A stretch of 64,000 nt of DNA from a bacterium (GTDB lineage Bacteria > SAR324 > NAC60-12), in contig CBDBHR010000030.1 in the NCBI GenBank assembly GCA_965205865.1, positions 1,248,001-1,312,000 on the forward strand. The letters run 5' to 3'. Made by a program: the position numbers and the translations under genes. This document shows, piece by piece, positions 51,874-62,569 of this stretch (positions within the stretch are counted from its first letter, which is position 1; every line of letters begins with the position of its first letter). Below the pieces are notes generated by a model. It saw nothing but the letters and a program-made list of their open reading frames with translations, was not told the DNA's origin and did no database searches.

Positions 51874-51900
51874 CTAAGACAGATCGAATTGTTGCAATTA

Positions 51901-52632
51901 ATGACTAACAATAGTAGGTTGAAAAAGTTGAAACTGTCAATAATTATTCCTATCTACAATGAATTCAATAATATCGATAAAGTGATTAAACGTATCAACG
52001 CTGTTAAGCTCCCTGAAGAAATTTCTGGTGTTGAAATGGTATTAATTGATGATGGTTCGGTAGATGGAACAACAGAAAAAATAGAAAAGTATAAAAATGA
52101 AAAAACAATGATAATACATGAGTCTCGACTTAATTTTGGAAAAGGAACTGCTGCACGTATAGGATTAACTTATGTAACTGGAGATATTGTACTCATCCAA
52201 GATGCTGATTTAGAGTATGATCCGGAAGATTATCCAAAGCTGTTAGCCCCAATATTAAATAATGATGCAGACATAGTGTATGGGTCTCGTTTTTTGAATC
52301 AAAATAAGAAGCCGAAAGGGATGGTTCTTAAAAATTGGATCATTAATATCATCCTTAGAGTGATGACCAATGTCTTATATAAATCTAATTTAACAGATGA
52401 AGCAACCGCATATAAATTGTTTAAAATCGATGTTCTCAAGAAGATTGATTTGAAATCGAAAAGGTTTGAAATTTGTCCAGAAATGACAGCAAAAGTGTTA
52501 AAACAAGGCTATCAAATCAACGAAGTTCCAATTAGTTATCAAGGTAGAACTGTGGAAGAAGGAAAAAAAATAAGATGGTATGATGGCATTGCTGCCATCT
52601 GGACTTTGTTGAAATATCGCTTCATTGATTAG
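51901..52632 (+). CDS. glycosyltransferase family 2 (DPM1-like)
   Basis: LSIIIP.YNE, DDGS.DGT, N.GKG, QDADLEYDP, YGSRF; very AT-rich. Confidence 0.93.
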   Translation: MTNNSRLKKLKLSIIIPIYNEFNNIDKVIKRINAVKLPEEISGVEMVLIDDGSVDGTTEKIEKYKNEKTMIIHESRLNFGKGTAARIGLTYVTGDIVLIQDADLEYDPEDYPKLLAPILNNDADIVYGSRFLNQNKKPKGMVLKNWIINIILRVMTNVLYKSNLTDEATAYKLFKIDVLKKIDLKSKRFEICPEMTAKVLKQGYQINEVPISYQGRTVEEGKKIRWYDGIAAIWTLLKYRFID

Positions 52633-52882
52633 CCTTGATATCACAATGCATAACAAGCGGTTCCGAAGACATCTATAGTCCCTGACACCAAAGAATATAA
52701 TAAATGGCTGGTCATTTTTTTCCACTTTTTTTATATAATTTTCATTTGTTATGATTCAAACGGAATCATAATTTTAGCTTATTGCTTTAAGCTACAAATT
52801 CATCTGTGCCCGTTCAAAAGAGCATTGGAATTTTCCATAGAATGAGTTAGCTATTTCTATCCCTCAAAGCAAGGAGATTCCA

Positions 52883-52980
52883 ATGTCTCGGACAAACAAA
52901 CAAAAATTGACAGTTGTTCCCTCTCAAAAAACTAACAAAAGGAAGCAATATAGTCCTCAAGAAAAAGTGGACACCCTGGT
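52883..52980 (+). pseudogene. possible transposase N-terminal stub (IS3 OrfA-like)
   Basis: AAGGAG-ATG then ...RKQYSPQEKV; joins the SBP remnant at a GTGGACACC direct repeat. Confidence 0.4.
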
Positions 52981-52983
52981 GGA

Positions 52984-54019
52984 CACCGGCCCTTGGATGA
53001 TCGAGGATTATGTCTAGGACTCCTCATGGACTTATGGCAAGAATCCCGATTACTGGAAAACCGATGAAAAGTTTGGCAACAAAATCCCCTATGCGGACAC
53101 GTTCAAAATTCTGATCATCAAAGACAAAACCACCGAGCTGGCGGCTATGCGCTCTGGCAAGATTGATATCTTCAATGATCTGACCGACCAGCAGGTGGAA
53201 GCTCTGCAACGGTCGAATCCTGATATCGTAGTTGTCAGCAACCCCTTTGCTCATCGCTCTTGGCACTTGGACGTCAGTAAACCGCCTTTTGACAACCTTG
53301 ACGTCCGTCGGGCCATGCAGATGGCCATCAACCTCGAAGAAATCAACGAAACTTTCTATAAGGGTAAGGGAGACCCGACGCCTGTGGGCCAGTTTGGAGC
53401 CCGTCAGGAAGCCATGTTCCTTTACAAGGATTGGCCCGAATGGCTCAAGGATGGTTTTCGCTATAATCCGGAAGGGGCCAGGCAGCTTCTGGCGATTGCC
53501 GATTATCCCAATGGTTTCAAGACAACGATGAATTTCAGCGCAGATTTTGTCAAGCACGATCTCAACCTGGCAAGAATAGTGGCCGGCTACTGGAAGGACA
53601 TTGGGGTGGATGTTGAGATCAACAATGTCGAGCAGGCGGTCTTAACCGGGATGATCAATAAACACGAAGCGGGCCCGATGGCCAATTGGCTGACTGGGCA
53701 TCCTTATAACCCTGTGGGTATGGTGGGTGTGTGGGAACATTCCTCCTCTTGGTCACAGATTAACATCAAAGATTTCGCCATTGAATCCATGATAAAAGAT
53801 ATCAGGGAGATGAAAAATCAGGATGAGCAAAATGAGTTGTTACGATTTTTTGATCGGTATGGGATTGAGAAGTTCTGGGCCATCCTCACCCCGAAGTTTC
53901 CTGCTCACCACGCGCACAATCCCTGGATCCAAGGCTATCACGGTGAAGATACCCTGGGCGGGGGTAATGGACCTGGCGCAATCCACGCCAGAATCTGGGT
54001 AGACCCCAGCAAGAAATAG
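52984..54019 (+). pseudogene. family 5 SBP, 5'-truncated with in-frame stop
   Basis: TGPWMIEDYV*DSS...NPDYW (TAG 53015-53017), PPFD..VRRA, ARIWVD. Confidence 0.88.
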
Positions 54020-54049
54020 TCCTGGCCGTTCAACGAGAAAAAACATCCA

Positions 54050-54071
54050 GAGGCGGGCCAGCCCCCGCCTC
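54050..54071 (+). terminator. GC hairpin after the SBP
   Basis: gaggcggg-ccagcc-cccgcctc; no U-tract. Confidence 0.45.
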
Positions 54072-54222
54072 CGGGTGCCTTGCGAACCCTAAATCCTTTA
54101 AAATCCCCCTAAATCCCGCTTCCCGAATACGGATCACGCTGACAGCCCTTTTTCAAAGGGGGACTCTTCCTAAGACACCTATGCCCATCAAGGGAGGGGA
54201 GAGTTTTTTTAAAAAGGATGTT

Positions 54223-55191
54223 GTGAACACCTACCTCATCAGAAGAATCTTACTGATCATTCCCACGCTCGTCATTGTATCGATCATCGTGTTTAGCCTG
54301 GTCCGTTTCATTCCCGGCGATCTCATCGACATGATGTTGGGTCAGAAATTTGGCGGCGGGCTCGATCAAACGGAGGAGCAACGCAAAGAGATCGAGAAGA
54401 TGCTGGGGCTGGATGTCCCGGCCCATGTCCAGTATTTACGGTGGGTAGGGGGCATTTTTCTCCGCGGTGACCTGGGCACCTCTCTCATTTCAGGTCTGCC
54501 CATTTGGGAAACCCAGATCCGCCCCCGCATTCCGGTAACCGCTGAGCTGACCCTCATGGCTTTGATCTTCTCCCTGCTCATTGCCTTTCCCATCGGCACC
54601 TACTCGGCCATCCGCCAGGATACCCTGGGCGACTATGCCGGCCGTACCTTTTCCATCTTCTTTATCTCCATCCCGGAATTCTGGACCGCGACGATGATCA
54701 TGATCTATCTGCCCCTCTATTTCGGTTGGGCGCCCCCCATGCGGTATGTTTCCTTCCTCGAGGACCCCGGGACCAACCTGCTCATGTTCCTCTTCCCTGG
54801 CGTGGTTTTGGGCTTGGCGCTCTCCGGACAAGTGATGCGCATGATCCGCACCATGATGCTGGAGGTGCTCCGGTCGGACTATGTCCGCACCGCCTGGTCC
54901 AAAGGCTTGAGGGAGCGGGTAGTGGTCCTGCGGCATGTGCTGAAGAACGCGCTCATCCCGGTGGTCTCCCTGGTGGGGCTGCAACTCCCCTTCCTGCTGG
55001 GAGGGGCGATTATCACCGAGCAGATCTTTGTGCTGCCTTGCATCGGCCGTCTCGTCGTGAATTCCCTGCAAACCCGAAGTTACAACATTGTCACCGCGGT
55101 CAATCTGGTGATTGCGACGGCGGTCTTATTCATCAATCTCCTCGTCGATCTTTCCTATGCCTACCTCGATCCGAGAATTCGTTATAAATAG
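54223..55191 (+). CDS. ABC permease (DppB-like)
   Basis: GTG start; YLIRRILL, EVLRSDYVRTAWSKGL, DPRIRY. Confidence 0.93.
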   Translation: MNTYLIRRILLIIPTLVIVSIIVFSLVRFIPGDLIDMMLGQKFGGGLDQTEEQRKEIEKMLGLDVPAHVQYLRWVGGIFLRGDLGTSLISGLPIWETQIRPRIPVTAELTLMALIFSLLIAFPIGTYSAIRQDTLGDYAGRTFSIFFISIPEFWTATMIMIYLPLYFGWAPPMRYVSFLEDPGTNLLMFLFPGVVLGLALSGQVMRMIRTMMLEVLRSDYVRTAWSKGLRERVVVLRHVLKNALIPVVSLVGLQLPFLLGGAIITEQIFVLPCIGRLVVNSLQTRSYNIVTAVNLVIATAVLFINLLVDLSYAYLDPRIRYK

Positions 55192-55200
55192 GAGAATCCC

Positions 55201-55653
55201 ATGAGTCCAACGGAAACCAGGATAGCGCCCCCTCGTTCGCCCCGAGCGACTTTCTTGAAGCGGCTGGTCAAGGAGAAACCCCTGGGGTTGATCGGAGCCA
55301 TCATTGTGCTGACGTTGCTCCTGGTGGGGATCTTTGCCGATTTTCTGATACCCTAAGATCCGAATAAAATGAATCTTCGCCAGATGCTGCAGCCTCCCTC
55401 CGCTGAGCACCTGCTGGGCACTGACCATCTGGGACAAGATTTGTTCAGCCGCCTAATTAAAGGCGCTCAAGTCTCCGCAATTGTGGGCATCGCAGGAACG
55501 TCGATCAGCACCCTGGTCTCATTAATCATCGGTATCATTTCCGGCTACTTCGGCGGGAAGGCGGACATGGTGATCCAGCGCTTTGTCGATGCCTGGATCG
55601 CCTTTCCCATCCTCATTCTGATCTCGGTGATGGCTCTGGTGGGAACCAGGTAG
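55201..55653 (+). pseudogene. DppC-like permease with in-frame stop and truncation
   Basis: KEKPLG..., TAA at 55354-55356, HLLGTDHLG, ends at the junction with the CRTAC1-like fragment. Confidence 0.88.
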
Positions 55654-55659
55654 CGGCTA

Positions 55660-56317
55660 ATGTCCTGCAGAGCCGAAAGGCTGGAGGCACAGGATACGTA
55701 GAACTGGCTGAGGCCGCTGGGGTCGATGCCACTGGCTGGAGTTGGTCCGCACAGTTCGGAGACCTGGACAATGACGGATTCCTCGACCTCTACGTCGTCA
55801 ATGGCATGATTGCTTCTCAACTCTTCGGACACTTATCCGGAGACGAACTGAAGGAAGCAAACCAGGCCCTGCGCAACGATGGAACGGACCGGTTTGCGCA
55901 GTTTCGGAATGGGGACTGGGAGCCACCGAGAGTGGACGGGGGATGAGTCTGGCGGACCTGGACAACGATGGGGATTTAGAGGTGGTGGTCAACAACCTGG
56001 CCAAACCCGCCCAGCTGTATGAGAATCGGCTCTGTGGAGGGGCAGCGCTGGAAGTAAAACTGCATTGGGAAAGCTCCCCGAATCGCCGGGCCATTGGAGC
56101 GGAATTACGTTTGCGCACCCCAAATGGGATATTGCATCGCGAGATGCGCGCCAGCAGCGGTTATCTCTCCAGTGATCCGGCCCGTGTCCACTTTGGGTTT
56201 GGCCAACGAACCGATAAGGCCCCCTTTCAGCTCGAAGTGATCTGGCCCGATGGCCGGATATCCCGCATCGACCGCCCCTCCCCGGGGACCCTGCTCACAG
56301 TGAAGCGCGCGCCTTGA
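55660..56317 (+). pseudogene. CRTAC1-like (FG-GAP plus ASPIC/UnbV) C-terminal fragment
   Basis: GWSW...FGDLDNDG.LDL, GRG...ADLDNDGDLE, NRRAIGA, SGYLS....VHFG.G; frameshift near 55900. Confidence 0.85.
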
Positions 56318-56329
56318 TAAAATTGAGAG

Positions 56330-56757
56330 TTATATAGGACTCAGTCTCGCTTGTTGAGCAAACGATTCGACAAAGGTTTGACTTCCTAAAGCCAAGGCTT
56401 TCGTCCAACGTTCTTGGCGTTGAAACGGTTGATGCAATGCTTTTCGAATGAGAGCTTCATGATTTTGTTGAAATTCCTCCAAAGACCTCATCCCAGTCAA
56501 CTCCAACACTGCTTTGATATCCACAAAACGGTATCGCCAGGGTGGGGAATGGAATTCAGAATACCCTCCATAGTCCCAGTCCTGAGGATGATTCACCACT
56601 CCTGCTCGAACCCTATTCAGATCGATATAAACCATACATCGCATGAGATGCGCTCCGCTTTCCGCAGCCGTTTCATGGTAGCAGTCTTCCCAAAAGGCAC
56701 CATGGCTATTTTTCCGTTGGTTATAGCCTTGTGCGGTTTGTCCGGCAATTAATTGTA
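56330..56757 (-). pseudogene. Y1 (IS200/RAYT-like) tyrosine transposase, 5'-truncated
   Basis: YN.RK...GAFWED.Y, YIDLN.VRAG.V.HP.DW; HUH half missing, replaced by the IS5 end. Confidence 0.82.
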
Positions 56758-56758
56758 A

Positions 56759-57066
56759 GAAGCTGTTTGGCAAATAAAATGCTTGTTTCCTAGATTTTCA
56801 CGTTTTTAAAGGAGATTTATGTATCCAAGCGATTTAAGCGATCTGGAATGGTCTCAGGTTGAACATTTTTTGAACGTTCCGACCCCCGGGAGGCCAAAAG
56901 TATTCATAGCAAACATAGCATCGTCAATGCGATTTTGTATGTCCTGAAAACGGGTTGTCAGTGGAGCATGCTTGCCCATGATTTTCCTCCCTGGCAAAGC
57001 GTTTACGATCATTATCGCCGTTGGAAAAAACGATGGATTGTGGAGCGAACATTCGCTTTTTGGTTC
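56759..57066 (+). pseudogene. IS5 family (IS1031-like) remnant with internal deletion
   Basis: ATG 56819 MYPSDLSD.EW, then NAILYVLKTGCQW..L..DFPPWQSVY joined to RWIVERTFA. Confidence 0.82.
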
Positions 57067-57595
57067 ATGCCGAAGATGGACCGCAATATATCTTTTTATA
57101 GCTGACCTCCATTGTTGCGCAATTCTCCTGATCCAAACTTGCTATAGGCTTTGCGCCACGTAGTAGTACTAAAATCATGCCTTGTTGTTTTAGGGAAGGA
57201 GAGGACTTCCGCTCGTTTGATTCAAAATTAGCTGTGGAAGGGTTCCCGCTTGATCGATTGAACAATACCCTGGAGGATGTGAAAATGATGTATCCTTCAC
57301 GGGAATCTTTTTTCAACGTTATTGAACTGAACGGCTTCTGACTGTCCCCGGATTTGAGCAGATTTATTGATTTTTTAAATTTTTTTGCGAATCCCGCATT
57401 GATTTTTTAAATTTTTTTGCGAATCCCGCATTTATTTTACATTAGGGGGTTGACATTGCGTTGTTGTGCTAGGATCATGGCTTTAATAAGTTGTTTTAGT
57501 GAATGAGAGGGTTCCCGATCGATTGAACAATATCTTGGGAGGACTTGAAAACGATCGATCTTCCTCAGGAATCTTTTTTAAACGATATTTAACTA
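57045..57595. repeat. composite non-coding repeat block
   Basis: Segments match ~62120-62200, ~62370-62569 and (inverted) ~11586-11765; local duplication of ttttttaaatttttttgcgaatcccgcatt. Confidence 0.8.
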
Positions 57596-59731
57596 GTGCC
57601 TGACAGAAAAATACAATTTTACTAATAGAAGGTGTAGAACTCGCGAGAACAGCCATTCTTGAACAAGCCATATTTTAGATAGCTGAAGCAATTTTTCTTT
57701 GAGATCCCCACTTTTTTGTTAATCCTCTTTTTTTGGGCACTCGCCCCCCCCCTCTCCCGGCCTCCCCTCTTATTTTAGAATGGGGAGTCGTCCTTTGGTT
57801 CAGGCCGCTTTTTTGTAGGGTCCTCGTTTACGACGCTGCCGTTCTTTTTGCTGTTCACGCAGGACGGTGCCGAGACGGTGGATGTTTTTTGCAGGCACAG
57901 CCAGAGCGACATAGCGTTCGAAACCCTGGATTCCATGATCAGGACATTGATCGAGTCCGTGTGCTTCCAGAGCGTTGATGGCGGATTCGACCGCAGAGTG
58001 TTTGCGGCGCAGGAGTTTGAATTCCCGGGAATCTTCTCTCTGCCGGTCTGCATGGCTCAGCCTGCCTTTTTTGGGAAGCGCGACAAGATCCGGCAGTGCT
58101 TTGAGTTCACGCTGATTCTGTGGGCTGTGAGCGCCCTTGTCCCAACTCACGACCGCAAGCTCGGGAAAGCGTTTTTTGGTTTCTTCGACGATTTCCACGG
58201 CCACCTTCTCATCGGTCTGCCTGCGCATCACCTGATGGTGAAGGATGAATTGATGCTGGTCCTCGATGATGTTGACCCTGAGTCCGAGTTCCACCGGCAC
58301 TCCCGCCTTGCCCTTGCTGATCCACTCGGTGTGGGGCTGGAAGATGGAGAAGATTTTTTCATGATGAGGGATGGTTTCGTTGAAGTGCGCCCTGCGGATG
58401 ATTTGGCTCATGAGTTTTTTGCAGAGCCCATGTACTCCCGCAAGCGCAGCAGTTTCAAGGGGGAGCGCACCCGTTTTTCCAAAAGTTCCAGGCGCGTCTG
58501 GGCCCGCAGGTGATACGCTTGGGCCATGAGGAGGTATTTGAGATATTCCTTGCGCCTCTTTTCTTCGCGGGCACGCCTTATTTGCTGAGCTTTCGAAGTT
58601 GAGGTCCTGAGCTTTTGGATGAGACGATACTGCTTTTTGAACTGCCAGATGTTGTTCCTGTATTGTCGCCAGCCAGCCAGCTGGCAGCTCCGTGAAAGCC
58701 TGGCGCATTCTTCAATCGTCTTGCGTATGGCGTCGAAGAGCAGGTTGACGTCGGTCGGATAATGCGCATTGGTTTCAACCACAAAGGAGTCGCAGCGTGC
58801 ACGTAGCGCCCTGCTTGAATCATGAAGTTCAACTTTCTTCTCTGTCCGAACTCGGGGTGGTCCATCTTTTTTGGCGTTTTTTTTACCAGTTCATGTCCGG
58901 CTTTGACTACCAACTGATTGATTTCATCGAGAATCTCAGGCGTGAAAAGGCGCAGGTTATCCTTGATCGTCTGCCGGTTGTACGTCGTTTTGTCCTCCCC
59001 GGCAAAGGACCTCCCGACCTCCATGTCCGAGCATCTGCCGGATGCTGTCGTGATGGTTGGCCAACTCATGGATGCGGTCGTAATCGCTGTTGAGACCCGG
59101 GCGCAGTACGCCAAGCGCCAGAATCTTCCACTGCTCCATCCCGGGACGCCCAAGACGGGGGTCCGCTTTGCGATGCCTGTCTTCGTTGCTCAGGCCCGGA
59201 CCGCTTCGCGAGGGGATGACCCGTTCCGGAACCTTGAATACCGATGCGCGTAATGCTGGTGTGGCGTATATGTATTGCAAACCGCGAAGGATAGGGGGGA
59301 TGTCATCACAAGACTTGAGATCCAACTCGATGGCGGCAACGTCGACTTCGCCGAACTTCATCTGGGGGTCACGTATGGTGCGCATAAAATTTCAAATCTT
59401 GAAGATTTACGGAAAAACGAAAGAAACCAGTCAGAAGATACTGTAACTGCAACGATTGACCCCCTCATGCGAGATGACGCGCACTCGGGTTTTTTTCTTC
59501 GCGTCATAAATATCAGTTTATCATCTTGATATAATTAATGAAAGACTTTACATGATATTTAATGGTATTCACCTATTTTTAAGAAACGAAGATTTTGGGG
59601 AAACTCATCAAAAATCCCATTTTTTTTTGATTTTGGCCATCTGAGCAATGCATCAAACCAATCTTCATCCTGTGAAATTGAAGAATTGTCATTTAATATC
59701 AGCAACTTGAGTATTTTTCGGCCAAGCACTA
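57594..59731 (-). mobile_element. IS5/ISNCY-like (ISDol1-type) IS with multiply frameshifted transposase 57800-59385
   Basis: Ends tagtgcctgacagaaaaatac / gtatttttcggccaagcacta; MR....Q..FG....DDIP.ILRGLQ, VET..HYPTD, KIFS.F.PHTEWISKGK, HSAVESAIN.LE.HGL. Confidence 0.85.
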
Positions 59732-59832
59732 TATATTTGAACTTTCGAGAGTTCAATATCCTTTCTGGATTCAATGCTACGAAAAATGCGTGCCAAAATC
59801 GAAGGAGTCTCTGAAGAAACCCGAATAGTTAC
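59732..59832 (+). repeat. right end of the GTAAC-terminated MITE family
   Basis: Matches ~11895-11997. Confidence 0.85.
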
Positions 59833-59947
59833 TTTGAGGATCACGGGAAGATGATGGTTACATCTCGCAAAGTCGCAGTTGACCTGATAAAGTCGACTTT
59901 GGTATGAATTCAAAGAATAAACGTAAAAAATTCCAATTTCCTGAATA

Positions 59948-60179
59948 ACCTGAGTTCGACATAAATCTTCAATAATATTAGTATCCTAGTGTATATGTCA
60001 TCCTCGCGAAACTTGTCCCCGCGAAAGCGGGGAGCGAGGATCCGGATTTCAGTCTGGCTGCATACCTCTGGATTCCTTCCCCGTGTACGCGGGGATCTCG
60101 CAGGAATGACAAGGTTTCTCTAAGATATGAAAACTCCATAACATATTGAATTTATTAAATTCTTATCTAGAACTCAGAT
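59948..60179. mobile_element. 232-bp MITE copy 1 (REP doublet cargo)
   Basis: acctgagttcga...tagaactcagat; flanking duplication TGAATA. Confidence 0.93.
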
Positions 60180-60206
60180 TGAATATGAAAATCAAGGAGG
60201 CTCGAC

Positions 60207-60892
60207 ATGAAAATCAAAAGAATCAAAACAACCACTTTCGTATTGGCAATTGGCGCGCTGATTGCGTTTCTTCCCGCCTGTGAGCGGATTTCGCAAATTC
60301 TACAACCCGCCAATGCCAGCAAGGAAAGCCTTGGTGGAGAGATTTCCATCGGCGTCGTCATACCTGTGACGGGGCGACTCGCCTCCTCGTTTGGCAGACC
60401 AATGGGACAAGGTTTGGAACTGGCACCCGATGAGATCAACAACACACGCTTCGACGATGCCTGATCGAGTTCGTCACCGTGGATGACCGCAGCAGCGTGG
60501 AGGGTGCCGTGGAAGCCTTCAATAAACTGATTCATCAAGTGGGCGTCTCCGTTGTCTTCGGTCCCGCGACTTCAACCGAGACCACAGAGGCTTTCCCGGT
60601 TGCGCAAGAAAATCAGATCGTGGCTGTCATCCCGACGTCCGCCGCCCGTGGCCTCAGCGCGATTGGTGATTTTGTCTTTCGCGTCGCTCTCGCTACGGAC
60701 GTGCTCATTACCAGCGGTATCGAGGCGACTCACGCCAAGCTGGACTATCAACGGGTGGCTACCATATATGATGAAAGCGATCATTTTTCCACGGATAGCG
60801 ACGAGGCCTTGAGTTTTGTCGATTCAGGCATCAATGCGCTCGGTCAAGTGAAGGGGCAATCAAAACGGATCTTATTCTCTTTGAAAAATTGA
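60207..60892 (+). pseudogene. branched-chain amino acid ABC substrate-binding protein (LivJ-like), frameshifted and truncated
   Basis: Lipoprotein-like signal, IGVVIPVTG...G......G.ELA..EIN; frameshift near 60460 into IEFVTVDD...GP.TS, FVFR. Confidence 0.82.
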
Positions 60893-60924
60893 TTGATAGA
60901 ATTTAACGTAACACTATTTAATCA

Positions 60925-61156
60925 ACCTGAGTTCGACATAAATCTTCAATAATATGAGTATCCTAGTGTATATGTCATCCTCGCGAAACTTGTTCCCGCG
61001 AAAGCGGGGAGCGGGGATCCGGATTTCAGTCTGGCTGCATACCTCTGGATTCCTTCCCCGCGTACGCGGGGATCTCGCAAGAATGACAAGGTTTCTCTAA
61101 GATATGAAGATTCCATAACATATTGAATTTATTAAATTCTTATCTCGAACTCAGGT
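60925..61156. mobile_element. 232-bp MITE copy 2
   Basis: acctgagttcga...tcgaactcaggt; flanking duplication TAATCA. Confidence 0.95.
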
Positions 61157-61248
61157 TAATCACCTAATCAAAGGCCTGACCCCCTTTCTGGCGTATAAGA
61201 ACAACCCTTGATGAAAGGCCCGCCCCCGCCATCCGTTGCAGCAGGTTA

Positions 61249-61701
61249 TTAGGCGATTCTATTTTTCAATATGCCTTGATCTAACTCAAGCGTATAGGAC
61301 AAGATGGTGTCGATATTAAGTTTGTCAGAGGCTCTGAGTATTTCTATTCCAGCCAGCTTTCCGTCATCAGCCATATCAATATTAACACCCTCTGTAATCT
61401 CTATGACGCCGTCTGGTTCCTGGTCACCAAACTTTAAATACAAAGCATCGATTTCTTCATCATAATGGACTTTCATTTTTTTCTTCCTTATCTTGAGGGG
61501 ATAATAGGTAATCACAGTCATAGTATTGTTTTCAACGGAAACAACGAGTTTGAGTGGGTATTTAAGACCGACCCCATTTCTGATTATCTCATGCTCGCCA
61601 TCGGTCAACTCCATCTCTTTGAGGATGTCTTTAACAGTAGATTCCTGTAATTTATAGAGCTTCGCTCTTCGTTTTGCATGTCGGGAGAGCTTTATTGTCA
61701 A
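61249..61701 (-). CDS. in-frame fusion of DUF4258-like toxin and DUF2283 antitoxin
   Basis: SRHAK.R...VITYYP then MKVHYD...DALY.........V.ID....G.L.GIEIL.AS; internal ATG at 61476. Confidence 0.78.
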   Translation of the reverse strand: MTIKLSRHAKRRAKLYKLQESTVKDILKEMELTDGEHEIIRNGVGLKYPLKLVVSVENNTMTVITYYPLKIRKKKMKVHYDEEIDALYLKFGDQEPDGVIEITEGVNIDMADDGKLAGIEILRASDKLNIDTILSYTLELDQGILKNRIA

Positions 61702-61716
61702 TTTACGATTCTCTGA

Positions 61717-61850
61717 TCACGAGATTGAATTGGGTTTTTGATTTTGAACAGAGGATAATTCTTCTTCAAGCTCTTCTTCAGTATAATTGAGAGAGGCAAT
61801 CCCTCGTCGTTTTAAAAGATCGAGTAAGTCAATCCGTTCATCTCTAATCT
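61717..61850 (-). pseudogene. UPF0175-like antitoxin C-terminal remnant
   Basis: RIDLLDLLKRRGIASLNYTEEELEEE on the minus strand. Confidence 0.55.
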
Positions 61851-62119
61851 GATGATATCCTCAACTATAATCAAGGCGCCCAATAATTTTATGCCCCTCC
61901 GGTTAGGATGTCAAACTTCCAAATTCAATCTGTTCAAAATAAGTCATAACCAGAAATGAGTATGTGTTTTCAAGAGGACCACAAAACGCTAACCGGGCAC
62001 AGAAGACACACCGAAATGTCACTTTTTTTCGTGCTGCTTGCCCTCCATCCTCATCCCTCTGATGTCCCCTCCGGACCCCGGAAATCATGCCCAAAACCAG
62101 AGAGCGTCGCAGCGTCATT

Positions 62120-62569
62120 ATTTTTTGGCTCATGCCGATGATGGACCGCTATAGATTTTTTATTGATGACCTCCATTGTTGCGCAATCCCCCTGATTCTG
62201 ACTTGCTAAAGGAATTTTTTTAATCTTCCGCATTTGTTCTCCAATAACTTCTTTTACTCTATCCATATCATATAGGAACGGATCTCGCTGATTTATTGCG
62301 ATGCATGGGTTTAATACCTCTTTTTTAAAACGCAAAAGTCGAGCCTGAGTGAGAGGGTTTGCCCCGTGGATTTTTATTTTTTTAAATTTTTTTGCGAATT
62401 CTGCATTTTTTTTCATTTGGGGTTTGACGCTGCGTTGTAGCGCTAAAATCATGCCATCAGTAAGTTGTTTTAAGGAAGGAGAGGGTTCCCGCCCGATCGA
62501 TTGAACAATATCGTGGAAGGACTTGAAAACGATCGATCCTCCCCTGGAATCTTTTTTAAACGATATTTA
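62120..62569. repeat. second copy of the composite repeat block
   Basis: Homologous in segments to 57045-57595. Confidence 0.8.

Noticed and set aside
53015-53017. In-frame TAG (also 63926) as pyrrolysine or recoded stop
   Set aside because: Both occur in otherwise truncated genes, and TAG serves as a normal stop in intact genes in this window.
56330-56757. Y1/RAYT remnant as mobiliser of the GTCAT hairpins
   Set aside because: It is truncated and not flanked by these hairpins here; an intact copy elsewhere cannot be excluded.
59948-61156. Composite transposon of MITE copies 1 and 2 carrying the LivJ-like gene
   Set aside because: Each copy has its own distinct target duplication, so they inserted independently.
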